From Octopus bimaculoides (Eukaryota): 64,000 nucleotides of DNA. Positions 50,961 through 62,956 of the stretch are shown here, in pieces (the first letter of the stretch is position 1; each line of letters begins with the position of its first letter). The notes below the pieces were generated by a model. The model was not told the DNA's origin. It saw only the letters and a program-made list of their open reading frames with translations, and searched no databases. The position numbers and the translations under genes are program-made. The stretch covers positions 33,507,871 through 33,571,870 of the forward strand of contig NC_068998.1 in NCBI RefSeq assembly GCF_001194135.2, in the 5' to 3' direction.

Positions 50961-51467
50961 AAATATGATCCATTTAAGTTTAATTGCTTTGAAACCCCTC
51001 TAGTATGATCAAATTCTGTTTGTTTGAAGGTTGTACCTGTTCCACCCCTTACTAATTTAACCCCAGACACAAAATCTATTGCTATACCTAATCAGTGGAT
51101 AACTGTGCAGATTCACTGTGGAGAACATAGGTCATAGTTACAAAAACCAAAAACTATATGCAATGTTTTATCATTAATTTCTCAACCCTAAACAATATTT
51201 ACAGATTTCTTGACACTTTTCCTCTATCAGCCATAGAAGAGCTAATACACAATATTGCAACATTTTTATTTTAGTAAGGTGCTTATTATCAACTACCCTT
51301 GACAATTAAAGACCACCCTGACACTACTTTCAAGCCCCAGGACATAAGTATCAGTATTTCCTAAGAACCATTGTGCCATGTTTTCAACAAGTAATGATCT
51401 GAATTATCTTACAACATTAAATCTACTTATTGTATTTAGAAGACATTATTTTATGTAGTAACTCAAT

Positions 51468-52170
51468 TAACCCTTTTGATATCAACCCACCTGAAAACTG
51501 CCTCTGGCTCTGTAGTACAAATGTCTTGTTTTCAAAAGTTCTGAATTAAAATCGTCCACCAAACCTTAGTGACAGTTTATGTTTCTAACACTAGCTTAAT
51601 GATTTCACTAACTACTGAGCGGCTGTGTGGTAAGTAGCTTGCTTACCAACCACATGGTTCTGGGTTCATTCCCACTGCATGGCAATGGTTGATGTTATTT
51701 GAAAAAAGAAATTCTCAGGAGCAAATTTAGGCAAAAGTGTGATGTTTATGGTATAAGAGGATGAAGAGAAGAAGAGAGACAAATTACATCAAATTAGGGT
51801 GGGTAGAGATGAAATATATTAAGTAAACAAAATCTTTTTATTTTTTATCTTCTTTCACTTGTTTCAGTCATTAGACTACAGCCATGCTGGGGCATTACCT
51901 TGAGAAAGTTTTAGTTGAATGAATCTACCCCAGTACTTATTTTCTGAAACCTGGTACTTATTCTATCAGTGTCTTATGCTGAATCACTAAGTTATGGAGA
52001 TATATAGATTTGGCCTCTCATGCCTACTCTACATAGCCTCAAACAGACCAAAGTCTTGTGAGTGGATTTGAAAAAGAAGCTCATCTCATATGCGTGTGTG
52101 TGTGTGTGTGTGTGTGACAACACAGGTTGTCAAGTGGTGGTGAGGGATGGACACAGATAAACACACACAG
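51468..52170. mobile_element. Cluster: piggyBac-like MITE fragment (51468-51600), SINE head on plus (about 51616-51690), SINE on minus (about 51845-52170)
   Basis: ttaacccttttgatatc end, ggctgtgtggtaagtagcttgc head, and the reverse-complement tail cttgtttcagtcattagac...ggtacttattctatc. Confidence 0.7.
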
Positions 52171-53419
52171 GGTAAGCATTAGAGCCCAAATCTAGCCATT
52201 TTGAGCACAAAACAGGATATTTGGTTTGGATATGGCCATTTAAATACTCTAGGGTTAAACTCAGTACTTGGCTGGTATTTTATTCTCTCATTCCTGGAAA
52301 GATGTAAAGTTAAGTTGATCTTGGCAGAGCTTGAACTTAGAAACTGCAACAAGGTCAGCATTGCCTTTCATCCCTTTGTAGCTGGAGGGAGGAAAGGCAA
52401 TCTTACCCTCAAAAGAATTTGAACTCAGAATGTAAAGAATTGAAACAAATACTGCAAGACAATTTGTTTGATACTTGAATGGTTCTGCCAAAGACAGTAA
52501 CAGCAAAAACAATCTTTATAACAATAATTCAGCTTATGAATATTTGAAGTGATGGTTTATACACAACAAACTTAGTGAAATAAATGCATATTCAACATAA
52601 CTATATATAAGTACTCAAAATGTATAAATGCATCAACACAAGTGTGTATACACTTGCCTTATTAATATAGAAGGACAGTCAACGGTTGCAGAAAATTATA
52701 GACAATTTTGAATCATAAACTGTTAAATAATTTAAAGTAATGTCCAGTACAGGAGGCATGCAATTAAGATTAAGTTATGATTTACTTTGCTTTTGCAAAC
52801 AATATTTACAGTATGTGACCAAGTGAAATATATTATCAAAGTGAATCATATACACATACATTCATGTATACATACTCAAAAATATACCCCAACACAAACT
52901 AACATCTGTAGATTTACATACAATCACAATGTAAAGCTTACAATGATAAATACATAAGAATTCATTTAACCATGTGAACTGAAAAAGAAGCATCTAAGTG
53001 GTTGCTTCATATGCTAGGAATAGTAGCTAAATCTCCTTCAAATTAAATCCTACCAACTTATATTTAAAAAGAAAGCATATTGCATAATATAATCTCATGC
53101 AATTTCAATTCATCTGAGAAAACTACTAGAGAGATGATCATGGTATTAATCTATAAATTCCTAGGTTATTTATCTCCATTCTATATAGATATTTCTCATA
53201 TTTATATCTATATTATCTTTATTACAGTAACTGAAATGTATGTTATCTTTATTGAATTAAGTGAAAAGTTATCCAACCAACTGCATATTATAACTATTCA
53301 GGAATAAGACAACTAATGAAAGTCAGAGATTGAATGACTCAAAATGAATTATAGAGGAAACCACTAAAAAATACACTCAAAAGATAGGATTAGTTGTCCA
53401 TAAACTTCTAATACTGATT

Positions 53420-53630
53420 TCAAATTTTGGCACAAAGCCAGCAATGTCAGGGAGAAGACTAAGTTGGTTCCAACAACCCCCATATTAAGCTAGAACTTAT
53501 TTTATCGTCCCCAAAAGGATGAAAGGCAAAGTCAACCTTGGTGGAATTTGAATTCAGAACATGAAGGCAGATGAAATGCTGCCAACCATTTTGCCCAGCA
53601 TGCTAATGATTCTACCAGCTCACCGCCTTA
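53420..53630 (-). mobile_element. Deu/Nin-domain tRNA-SINE
   Basis: aaaggatgaaaggcaaagtcaaccttggtggaatttgaattcagaac...accagctcaccgcct, the same family as 26865 and 54771. Confidence 0.85.
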
Positions 53631-54770
53631 GAAACACCTAGTATTGAATTCTATCTAATATGGGCACAAGGATATAAATATATAACATGAGCACAAAAAA
53701 GTACAAAGTTTTAATATCGACACTTTGGCATAAATTTACAAATTTCTAATATGGACACAAGTTACTAATATGAATTCTAGGTAACACATTTTATAGTAAG
53801 ATAAAGATGTGTGTCTGCGTGCATGTGTGTATGTGTAAACATCGAACAATGAGAATCAGTGCTCAACACTGCATTGATGGATAAAGATTCTTTATTTGTG
53901 TATTAAGGCTACCATTAGTTTCATGTTAAGAAAATATCTTAATTTTTAAGTTGATCATATGGAGAAATTGATGTTTGTCTCCATTTTGGATTAAAACACA
54001 AAACACACACATGCACACACATATGAATATAAATCCATTTTAATTCATCAGAAGGGATAAAGCATAAAACTCAATACATAAGAACTGAGAGTATTCTTTG
54101 ATAAAGTATAACTAAAAGTTCTTTATTCCAGTACTCTGAGTTATATGTTTTTAATCGATTGGCTGGTAAAACTTTTACTTTAAAATTTTGGCTGTTTGAA
54201 TATATTTTTGAAATATATGATAGTTATAAAGAAAACTTTTATCTTTATGATCTCAAAAACAAAATGAACAATGAAGCAAAATAGTTTAAGCTTTGACAAA
54301 AATTTTGACTACAGGCTTAACTTGAGAATTTCTCAGCTTCTATACAAAATGATTTTAACCTGGGACAAAAGTGAAAGTAATGTACTAAATGCAAGGACTT
54401 CCCAATTAGTGTGTTTAATTTTATTTAAAAAAAATTTTTCAGATTACCCCAAACTTATAAATATTAATCACTTGGAAATTGTTTAACATATAAATGATTG
54501 TACAAATGTATATTCAAATTCTCCTGTAATGCATAAGTTGCTTTCCCACTAACTGACTCACATGCAGCAGATTTGGCTTCATTTTTTTCCTTTCTTTCAC
54601 CCACGTCTTAAGACTCGAAGTGTAATAGAAGGAGGAAAAGAGGAGCTCTAGAACACCAAAAGGTGAAGAAACCTTGACAGTAACTTTGTATATAAGAATG
54701 TAGCATAGGGAAGCTGGTTAAAGATCTGTAAGAGGCATTTATATTTTAGCAATAAAGTTGTTTTTTAATT

Positions 54771-54981
54771 CTTTTTTACTCTAGGCACAAGGCCTGAAAT
54801 TTTGGAGGAGGGGCCAGTCAATTAGATCGACCTAGTATGCAACTGGTACCTAATTTATCAACCCCAAAAAGATGAAAGGCAAAGTCGATCTCAGCGGAAT
54901 TTGAACTCAGAATGTAAAGACAGATAAAACACTGCTAAGCATTTTGCCTGGCGTGCTAACGTTTCTGCCAGCTCACCACCT
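54771..54981 (-). mobile_element. Deu/Nin-domain tRNA-SINE with an 18-bp target-site duplication
   Basis: The TSD taaagttgttttttaatt occurs at 54753-54770 and 54982-54999. Head, B-box and central domain are intact. Confidence 0.92.
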
Positions 54982-55441
54982 TAAAGTTGTTTTTTAATTG
55001 ACAAACACAGATACAACAAAATCAAAAGCTGGCATTAGGTGCAATCCAATTTGTAATAATAATAGATGCTTACTGTGCTGACTGAATGTTCCTTTCTGAC
55101 ATTTGCACAAAGTCACACATTTGGGGGGAAGGGTATTGACTGGTAATTCATTTTATCAACCATAAAGCTAAAGTAGAACTTCACTGGATTCTAAGTTCAA
55201 ATAGTGTTGACATCCTCTCGGTTTTTCATCCTTTTATAAAATGCAGTATTTGACGATGTACTAAACAATATTCTTTCCTCAAAATGTGTGCCCCTGAGTC
55301 AAGGTTAATGTTACAAACTAACAATATTATTCTTTTGTTTTTGTTGTAATTGGGCAGGATTCCTTTTTTTATGTTCATTAATTATTCAAATGAAATTCTA
55401 AACTGATTGAATGATACTTCAAATCTTAATTTAAATACAGT

Positions 55442-56998
55442 GGAGGTGCATGCCTTCATGGTTAGGATATTTAACTTGTGATTGTAAGGTAGTGAGTTTG
55501 ATTCTTGGCAGTGTGTTGTGTCTTTGAACAAGACACTTCATTCCATATTACTCCAGTCCAATCAGCTGGCAAAAAATGAGTAGTATTTGTATTTCAAAGG
55601 ACCAGCCTTGTCACATTCTGTATCATGCTTAATCTCCCTGGGAACAATTGGGTCATCTCATAAATAATGCAAATTCTCAATTGTATGAAGTAATAGTTGG
55701 AGGGGGATGAGATAAACTACCTGAATCAACTTGCTATAAAAGCTGGTAATAATTTTGCCTTGTACTTATTCTTAGTGCATGTTTTGGAGAGTGCAGTTCG
55801 ATTTTAACAGTTATTTTTTCGTTCAATAAAGGCAACAATGCAATGGAAAGTGCGAGGAATATCAATGCAGTATATGGAGATCAGACTATAAGTGTAAGCC
55901 ACCGTCAATGGTGGTTCAAGAAATTCTGAGCCAGAAACTCCAGCCTAGAAAATGAGCCTCATCCTGGAAAATCTGTAGAGCTTGATGAGGACGTTCTGCA
56001 AACCCTGATGGAACAAAATCCCATTGTAACTGTTGAGAAACTAGCAGAGAAGCATGGATTTGGTCATTCAATCATTCGTTGACACCTGTGTGCCATTGAA
56101 AAAGTCAACAAATTAGGTCAATGTGTTCCTCACAAACTTTCCAAGTCTAATTGTGTGCAGAGAGTAAATGTATGCTCTTCTTTGCTGTCACATCTCATGA
56201 ATGAAACTTCTTTTGGATCGAAAAGTGACTTGTAACAAGAAATGTTTTCTCTATAAAAATATCAAGTGCTGAAGATATTAGTTCGGGAAAGGAGAAACAA
56301 CAGCACCCCAGGCTAAAGAAGGTCTCCACCTATGTAAGATGTTGTTATCTGTTTGGTGGGATATGAAAGCTTTAGTCCACTTTGAACTTTGAAACCCAAA
56401 CCAAATGATAACAAAGGAGATCTACTGTGAGCAGCTTGAGTGGCTTAAGTCAGCGCTAGAAGGTAAATGACTATCTTTGGTTTGAAAACGAAAGGTGCTC
56501 TATTAAGATAATACTCAGCCACATACAGCGAGGATGACATTCCAAAGACTGGAGCAGTTTGAATGGGAAACGATGCCCCACCCACCATATTTGCCAGACA
56601 TTGCCCCCATTTGATTATCATTTATTCTGCAGTCTTCAAAATCATTTGGACAGACAAAAAATATGAATTCTGTAGAGGAGGTCAGAACAGTACTTGTGTA
56701 GCATCTTTCGTCACGGACAAGTGAATTTTGGAAGAGGAGCCTTGCAAGTCTACCAGATAGATGGAAGAGCATTGTAGAAAATGAAGCAGAGTACATTTTA
56801 GATTAAAAAATAACTTTGTTTATCTTAATTTTGAAAAATAAAAGAAGTATAAAAAAAGCACATTATTTATGGGTTGACCCAATACATTAAGAATACACAT
56901 CTGTGGAGTGTTCAGTTACTTGTACATTAATTTCACAAGCAGGCTGTTTTGTTGATCAAATCAACTGGAACCCTTGTTGTCATAACCAATGGAATGCC
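55442..56998 (+). mobile_element. tRNA-SINE interrupted by the mariner (head 55442-55645, remainder 56885-56998)
   Basis: The SINE head with gtagtgagtttgattc runs up to the mariner TIR. Repeat-like sequence resumes directly after the 3' TA. Confidence 0.55.
55648..56882 (+). mobile_element. Mariner (DD34D) transposon, near full length (~1235 bp), defective
   Basis: TIRs ttgggtcatctcataaataatg / cattatttatgggttgacccaa followed by TA. Motifs are GQCVPHKL, WWDMK and PHPPYLPDIAP, with multiple stops and frameshifts. Same family as 3725-4844. Confidence 0.94.
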
Positions 56999-57620
56999 AA
57001 ATTTGAAAACAATGTGTGGTGACAATTTGTAATTAAAATTCAAGTTTTGTCAGAAAGAAAATATTTACAATACACTGCTTGTGTACTTTAATAATATTTG
57101 ATAATGTAAGCTTATAGTTACCTTTGACACTATTCTCTTAATTCCTGATTTAAAATGTTATTCCACTATATTTGGCTGCTTGTAAATTTTGCATTAGATA
57201 TCTTTGCAGGATATTTTGGTAAATATAAAAACAAAAAGAAATGTTCTTTGGTAAAAATGTAGAAATTTATGAGTCACATGAATATGCTTTTATCAATAAC
57301 AAAACAGTTATAGTGTATTTGGAGAGTTTGCAGTTGAGATTTACTATTCTGAAGGTTACCGACAGCTCTTCCAAAATGATGATAAATTAAAGATATATGT
57401 GAAATTGGTTCAGATGCAGGACTGTAGCAGTATAAAAGCAAGTCGAGTATAAAACCTGACAAATGTTGGCAATACAGCTGAAGGTACATGCCCACTGACT
57501 AGCATTTTTGTTTACTTTTATTGGTTTTAGCCACTGGACTGCTGCCATTTGGTATAGAATTTTAGAGCAATTCCTGAATATTTGGGTCAATCAGCTTAAC
57601 TGTATATATATATATATATA

Positions 57621-57910
57621 TGGAGGTTATGAGCGATAGAGGTTTCAGGTAATGCTGAGTAAGTGGTATGGATAGACCATAGTTAAGCTCCAGGTTCGGT
57701 GGTTATGCGGATTAGGGGTCCAATGTAGGTCATATATCAGCATGTGAATATAAGGATTTATTTTTCGTGATGAGATAAAAAACCAAGGCTGTGTGCATTA
57801 TAGAGCATTTATAAATAGAAGGTCTTACAGCTGTAAGACCTTCTATTTATAAATGCTCTATAATGCACACAGCCTTGGTTTTTTATCTCATTATGAAAAG
57901 TAAATCCTCA
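57621..57910. mobile_element. PLE terminal-repeat fragment (minus, 57621-57830) fused head-to-head to its own inverted copy (57831-57910)
   Basis: Perfect 120-bp spacer-less palindrome at 57771-57890 centred on ACAG|CTGT. The outer 20 bp of each arm have 4 mismatches, and (TA)n lies on both sides. Confidence 0.85.
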
Positions 57911-59479
57911 TATATATATATATATATATANNNNNNNNNNNNNNNNNNNNNNNNNNNNNNNNNNNNNNNNNNNNNNNNNNNNNNNNNNNNNNNNNNNNNN
58001 NNNNNNNNNNNNNNNNNNNNNNNNNNNNNNNNNNNNNNNNNNNNNNNNNNNNNNNNNNNNNNNNNNNNNNNNNNNNNNNNNNNNNNNNNNNNNNNNNNNN
58101 NNNNNNNNNNNNNNNNNNNNNNNNNNNNNNNNNNNNNNNNNNNNNNNNNNNNNNNNNNNNNNNNNNNNNNNNNNNNNNNNNNNNNNNNNNNNNNNNNNNN
58201 NNNNNNNNNNNNNNNNNNNNNNNNNNNNNNNNNNNNNNNNNNNNNNNNNNNNNNNNNNNNNNNNNNNNNNNNNNNNNNNNNNNNNNNNNNNNNNNNNNNN
58301 NNNNNNNNNNNNNNNNNNNNNNNNNNNNNNNNNNNNNNNNNNNNNNNNNNNNNNNNNNNNNNNNNNNNNNNNNNNNNNNNNNNNNNNNNNNNNNNNNNNN
58401 NNNNNNNNNNNNNNNNNNNNNNNNNNNNNNNNNNNNNNNNNNNNNNNNNNNNNNNNNNNNNNNNNNNNNNNNNNNNNNNNNNNNNNNNNNNNNNNNNNNN
58501 NNNNNNNNNNNNNNNNNNNNNNNNNNNNNNNNNNNNNNNNNNNNNNNNNNNNNNNNNNNNNNNNNNNNNNNNNNNNNNNNNNNNNNNNNNNNNNNNNNNN
58601 NNNNNNNNNNNNNNNNNNNNNNNNNNNNNNNNNNNNNNNNNNNNNNNNNNNNNNNNNNNNNNNNNNNNNNNNNNNNNNNNNNNNNNNNNNNNNNNNNNNN
58701 NNNNNNNNNNNNNNNNNNNNNNNNNNNNNNNNNNNNNNNNNNNNNNNNNNNNNNNNNNNNNNNNNNNNNNNNNNNNNNNNNNNNNNNNNNNNNNNNNNNN
58801 NNNNNNNNNNNNNNNNNNNNNNNNNNNNNNNNNNNNNNNNNNNNNNNTCTAATGACCCTCCATATTTGTTTTCATTCGGTTTCCTTGTATGTCTCCACTG
58901 TTGTGTTTTTGTTCCCAACTTTGACCCTCCATAAATCCCAAATTTTATTTTGGTATTTGTGGGAGCAAGTGCCTTCAAAGACTCATATTGTCATTCAATG
59001 CTCGAAATGAGGAGTAAATAGATAGATGAAAACTGATGAAGTGCCGTTCTTTATGTTAATTGTCCTGGCATGGGTTGGGCAGTTTGACAGGGGCCAGTAA
59101 GCAAGGGGCTACATATGGCACCCATCTGGTTTGGCATGTTTTTTTGTGATTGGATGCTNNNNNNNNNNTATATATACACACACACACATATATATCTATA
59201 TTTTCTCTTGTCACAGAAAATATTTCTCCAGCGTTCACTATTCTACCCTCGTTCTAGTCTAATGACCCTCCATATTTGTTTTCATTCGGTTTCCTTGTAT
59301 GTCTCCACTGTTGTGTTTTTGTTCCCAACTTTGACCCTCCATAAATCCCAAATTTTATTTTGGTATTTGTGGGAGCANNNNNNNNNNNNNNNNNNNNNNN
59401 NNNNNNNNNNNNNNNNNNNNNNNNNNNNNNNNNNNNNNNNNNNNNNNNNAAATAGATAGATGAAAACTGATGAAGTGCC

Positions 59480-59779
59480 GTTCTTTATGTTAATTGTCCT
59501 GGCATGGGTTGGGCAGTTTGACAGGGGCCAGTAAGCAAGGGGCTACATATGGCACCCATCTGGTTTGGCATGTTTTTTTGTGATTGGATGCTCTTCTTAA
59601 CGCCACCACTTTACAGTGTGGGCTGAGTGATTTTATGTGGCACCACATGGGAGCATAGTTTCAATGATTGGATTTTTATATTTCTATGATTCTATAGACG
59701 TTGGTGCAAGTTGACTGGGAACCTGGAGCCCACCAAAATTGTTCCTAATTGGGCCCCACACCTCCTGAGGCCAGCCCTG
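59480..59779 (+). mobile_element. 3' end of a second hAT-type element copy, including the same captured RTE tail
   Basis: ttctatagacgttggtgcaagttgactgggaacctgg.gcccaccaaaattgttcc is nearly identical to 44363-44420. The TIR aggccagccctg (59768-59779) is the exact reverse complement of 40843-40854. Confidence 0.85.
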
Positions 59780-59782
59780 TAT

Positions 59783-61237
59783 ATAGAGTTAACCTAGCTA
59801 AAACCAATGTCTTAGTAAGTAGGGAGACAGACAAATCACAACTCCCTTCAGGTAGATAGCACTGCTTGATTTGTAGAGAAGGTGTAGGTAGTAACTCTGT
59901 AAGATGCACCCTGTGTAAGATTTGGATGTATAAAAAGAACAATATCAGAGGAGGGTTAACAGAGAAAATGGCTTTTGTGTGTGGTAGATGCACAGGTACA
60001 ATAAACACTAAAAATGTACAGAAAATAGACTCCATCATCTCCCGTGTGGGTAAGCTAGAGGTAGTAGATAGCTTCTGTTACCAAGGTGATTAAGTTAGTA
60101 GTGGAGGTGGATGCTGTTGGAATAAGATTAGGCTGGGCAAGGTGTAGGGAGCTCTGCCTCTGCTGGCAACAAAGGACCTCGCTCTCAGAGAGAAAGGCAC
60201 GGTGTATGATGCCTGTGTGTGAACAGCTCTGCTACATGGCAGTTAAACATGAGCTGTGACAACTTTGGATATGTGTAGGCTTGAAAGAAATGAAGCCAGT
60301 ATGCTTCGCCGGATGTATAATATGTCATTTTCAGTAGAGAATAAGTATCTTGAGAGAAAAGTTAGGCATAAGAGATATGAGATGTGTTTAAGAGAGACAA
60401 ATGCACTGGTATGTTCATGTGATGCGTATGGACGAGGACAGCAGTGTAAAGAAGTGCCAATCCCTAAATGCTGAGTGAATCTGTGGTAGAAGTAGGCCCA
60501 GGAAGACATGTGATGTGGTGGTGAAGTGGGATCTCTGAATTTTGGGCCTCACAGAGGCAATGACTAATGACTGAGACCTTTGGTGATATGCTGTGTTTGA
60601 GAAGACCCGTCAAACCAAGTGTAAATGCAGTCATAGCTGATGCTGGTGTCATGTAACTGGCACCCATGGAGGTGGCACATAAAAAAGCACCTTTCGAGTG
60701 TTGAGCCTCATGGAGGGAAAGTGGTTGAGTTCCTTTCAAATGTTGGGTATCACAGAAGCAATGACTGAGACCTTTGGCATTATGTTGTGCTTGAGAAGAA
60801 GACCCATCAAGCTAAGTGAAATCACAGTCGTAGCAGATACTGGTGTCACACAAATGGCACCCATGCTGGTGGCACGTAAAAGCACCTTTTGTGCATTGGG
60901 CCTCACGGAGGCAAGGACCGAGACCATTTAGCAGTATGCCAAGCTTCAAGTGTTGTACCTCAAAGAGGCATTGACTGAGTCCATTTGTTATTATGCTATG
61001 CTTGAGAAGAAGACCCATCAAGCCAAGTAAAACTGCAGTCATGACAGATACAGGTGTCAAGTAAATGGCACCCATGCCAGTGGCATGTAGAAGCACCCAT
61101 TACAATCTTGGAGTGATTATTGTTAAGAAAGGCATCCAGCCATTAAAATCATGCCAAAACAGACTAGTGTCTGGTGCAGTCTTCCTGCTTGCTAGCCCCG
61201 GTCAAATCATCCAACCCATGACATTAAATGATGATGA

Positions 61238-61240
<3 letters not shown>
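59783..61240 (+). mobile_element. Older 5'-truncated RTE LINE with a tandemly amplified 3' UTR and (GAT)n tail
   Basis: CLICREGVGSNSVRC...KLEVVDSFCYQGD and RLERNEASMLR. 3' UTR module starts at about 60544, 60748, 60899 and 60958. The tail lies at about 61225-61240. Confidence 0.9.
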
Positions 61241-61274
<34 letters not shown>

Positions 61275-62602
61275 NNNNNNNNNNNNNNNNNNNNNNNNNN
61301 NNNNNNNNNNNNNNNNNNNNNNNNNNNNNNNNNNNNNNNNNNNNNNNNNNNNNNNNNNNNNNNNNNNNNNNNNNNNNNNNNNNNNNNNNNNNNNNNNNNN
61401 NNNNNNNNNNNNNNNNNNNNNNNNNNNNNNNNNNNNNNNNNNNNNNNNNNNNNNNNNNNNNNNNNNNNNNNNNNNNNNNNNNNNNNNNNNNNNNNNNNNN
61501 NNNNNNNNNNNNNNNNNNNNNNNNNNNNNNNNNNNNNNNNNNNNNNNNNNNNNNNNNNNNNNNNNNNNNNNNNNNNNNNNNNNNNNNNNNNNNNNNNNNN
61601 NNNNNNNNNNNNNNNNNNNNNNNNNNNNNNNNNNNNNNNNNNNNNNNNNNNNNNNNNNNNNNNNNNNNNNNNNNNNNNNNNNNNNNNNNNNNNNNNNNNN
61701 NNNNNNNNNNNNNNNNNNNNNNNNNNNNNNNNNNNNNNNNNNNNNNNNNNNNNNNNNNNNNNNNNNNNNNNNNNNNNNNNNNNNNNNNNNNNNNNNNNNN
61801 NNNNNNNNNNNNNNNNNNNNNNNNNNNNNNNNNNNNNNNNNNNGTTAGATGAACGGGAACATGAAACTCAGAGTAACAGTCTTTTGTTAGATTTCTGCTG
61901 CTTTTAAATAAAGTATATATATATATATATATATATATTAAATCTTAGGGAGTATTTTATTTTTATGTTATTCCCATAATATTTAGCACATGACATAGAG
62001 AGCAGCCATTTACACAGGAATGAGAAGGAGTAAACATTATGCCGATAAGTATCCTTCGTTTGTTAATTTTTTACTAGATCTTTTGACTAGTTTTATTCGC
62101 TAAATTTATAACATATATAGTGTTTTTTACTAAATAATCTTTTTAAATACTATTAACCTACGTTTGACATAAAAAATGATAATTTATACTTGTATAGACA
62201 GGGGTTAATCTTACACTAAATTATTAATTCCCGTAATGTTTATATAGACAGGTTGTAGAATTTAATGTATTTATAATATATTCGTTGAGGATTTCTTTAG
62301 GTTTAGCCTTTTCTATATAATTGGTATTGTAATTTAGGTGTTTAATTTTTAAATTTAAAAATTTTTTAGAATATATTTATAATATATATATTTTTATTAT
62401 ATTTTTATTCATAATCTTATTTTTCTATTTAATATGACTTCTGATATGTATTTTTAACTTTGATCCATTAATGATAATAACAAAAAGATAAATAGCCTGA
62501 GAACGCACTGGTGAATTTTTGTATTAGATATAGTCTTGATAAACACCCCACCTGTGCAGAAACACATGTAGCATTGATTAGAATTACCTTCTTTCTCCAC
62601 AG

Positions 62603-62613
62603 ACTAATAATAG
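62603..62613 (+). CDS. Candidate 11-nt micro-exon
   Basis: ttaccttctttctccacag | ACTAATAATAG | gtaagt, with near-consensus acceptor and donor sites in unique AT-rich DNA. Confidence 0.3.
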
Positions 62614-62916
62614 GTAAGTTATATATATTTTGAAATAATTTTATTGTATTTTATAGTAGGTTTTTAACTGCTTATATTATTTTATTTTATTGGATATAAC
62701 TTTCTATATGTATTCCATATAATAAGGTTATCCTGAAATAGGAGTTGCAGTTCTATTGGTAAAATCCCAAATTTGTAATAACATTATATATATATATATN
62801 NNNNNNNNNNNNNNNNNNNNNNNNNNNNNNNNNNNNNNNNNNNNNNNNNNNNNNNNNNNNNNNNNNNNNNNNNNNNNNNNNNNNNNNNNNNNNNNNNNNN
62901 NNNNNNNNNATATATG

Positions 62917-62956
<40 letters not shown>

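Noticed and set aside
58995-59050. Possible type-II hammerhead (gctcGAAAt...CTGATGAagtgc)
   Set aside because: Helix II cannot close and there is no helix I or III pairing.
58848-59593. Exact duplications 58848-58967 = 59258-59377 and 59016-59158 = 59450-59592
   Set aside because: They are identical, interleaved with small N gaps and end at contig edges, which is typical of overlapping contigs or haplotypes in scaffolding rather than a real tandem repeat.
60540-61100. CRISPR-like or other prokaryotic repeat-spacer array
   Set aside because: The units are long, diverged LINE UTR modules without unique spacers. There are no cas genes and the context is eukaryotic.
61980-62780. Possible mitochondrial insertion (very AT-rich, repeat-free block)
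   Set aside because: No recognisable mitochondrial rRNA, tRNA or protein motif in any frame. A BLAST against the mitogenome would settle it.
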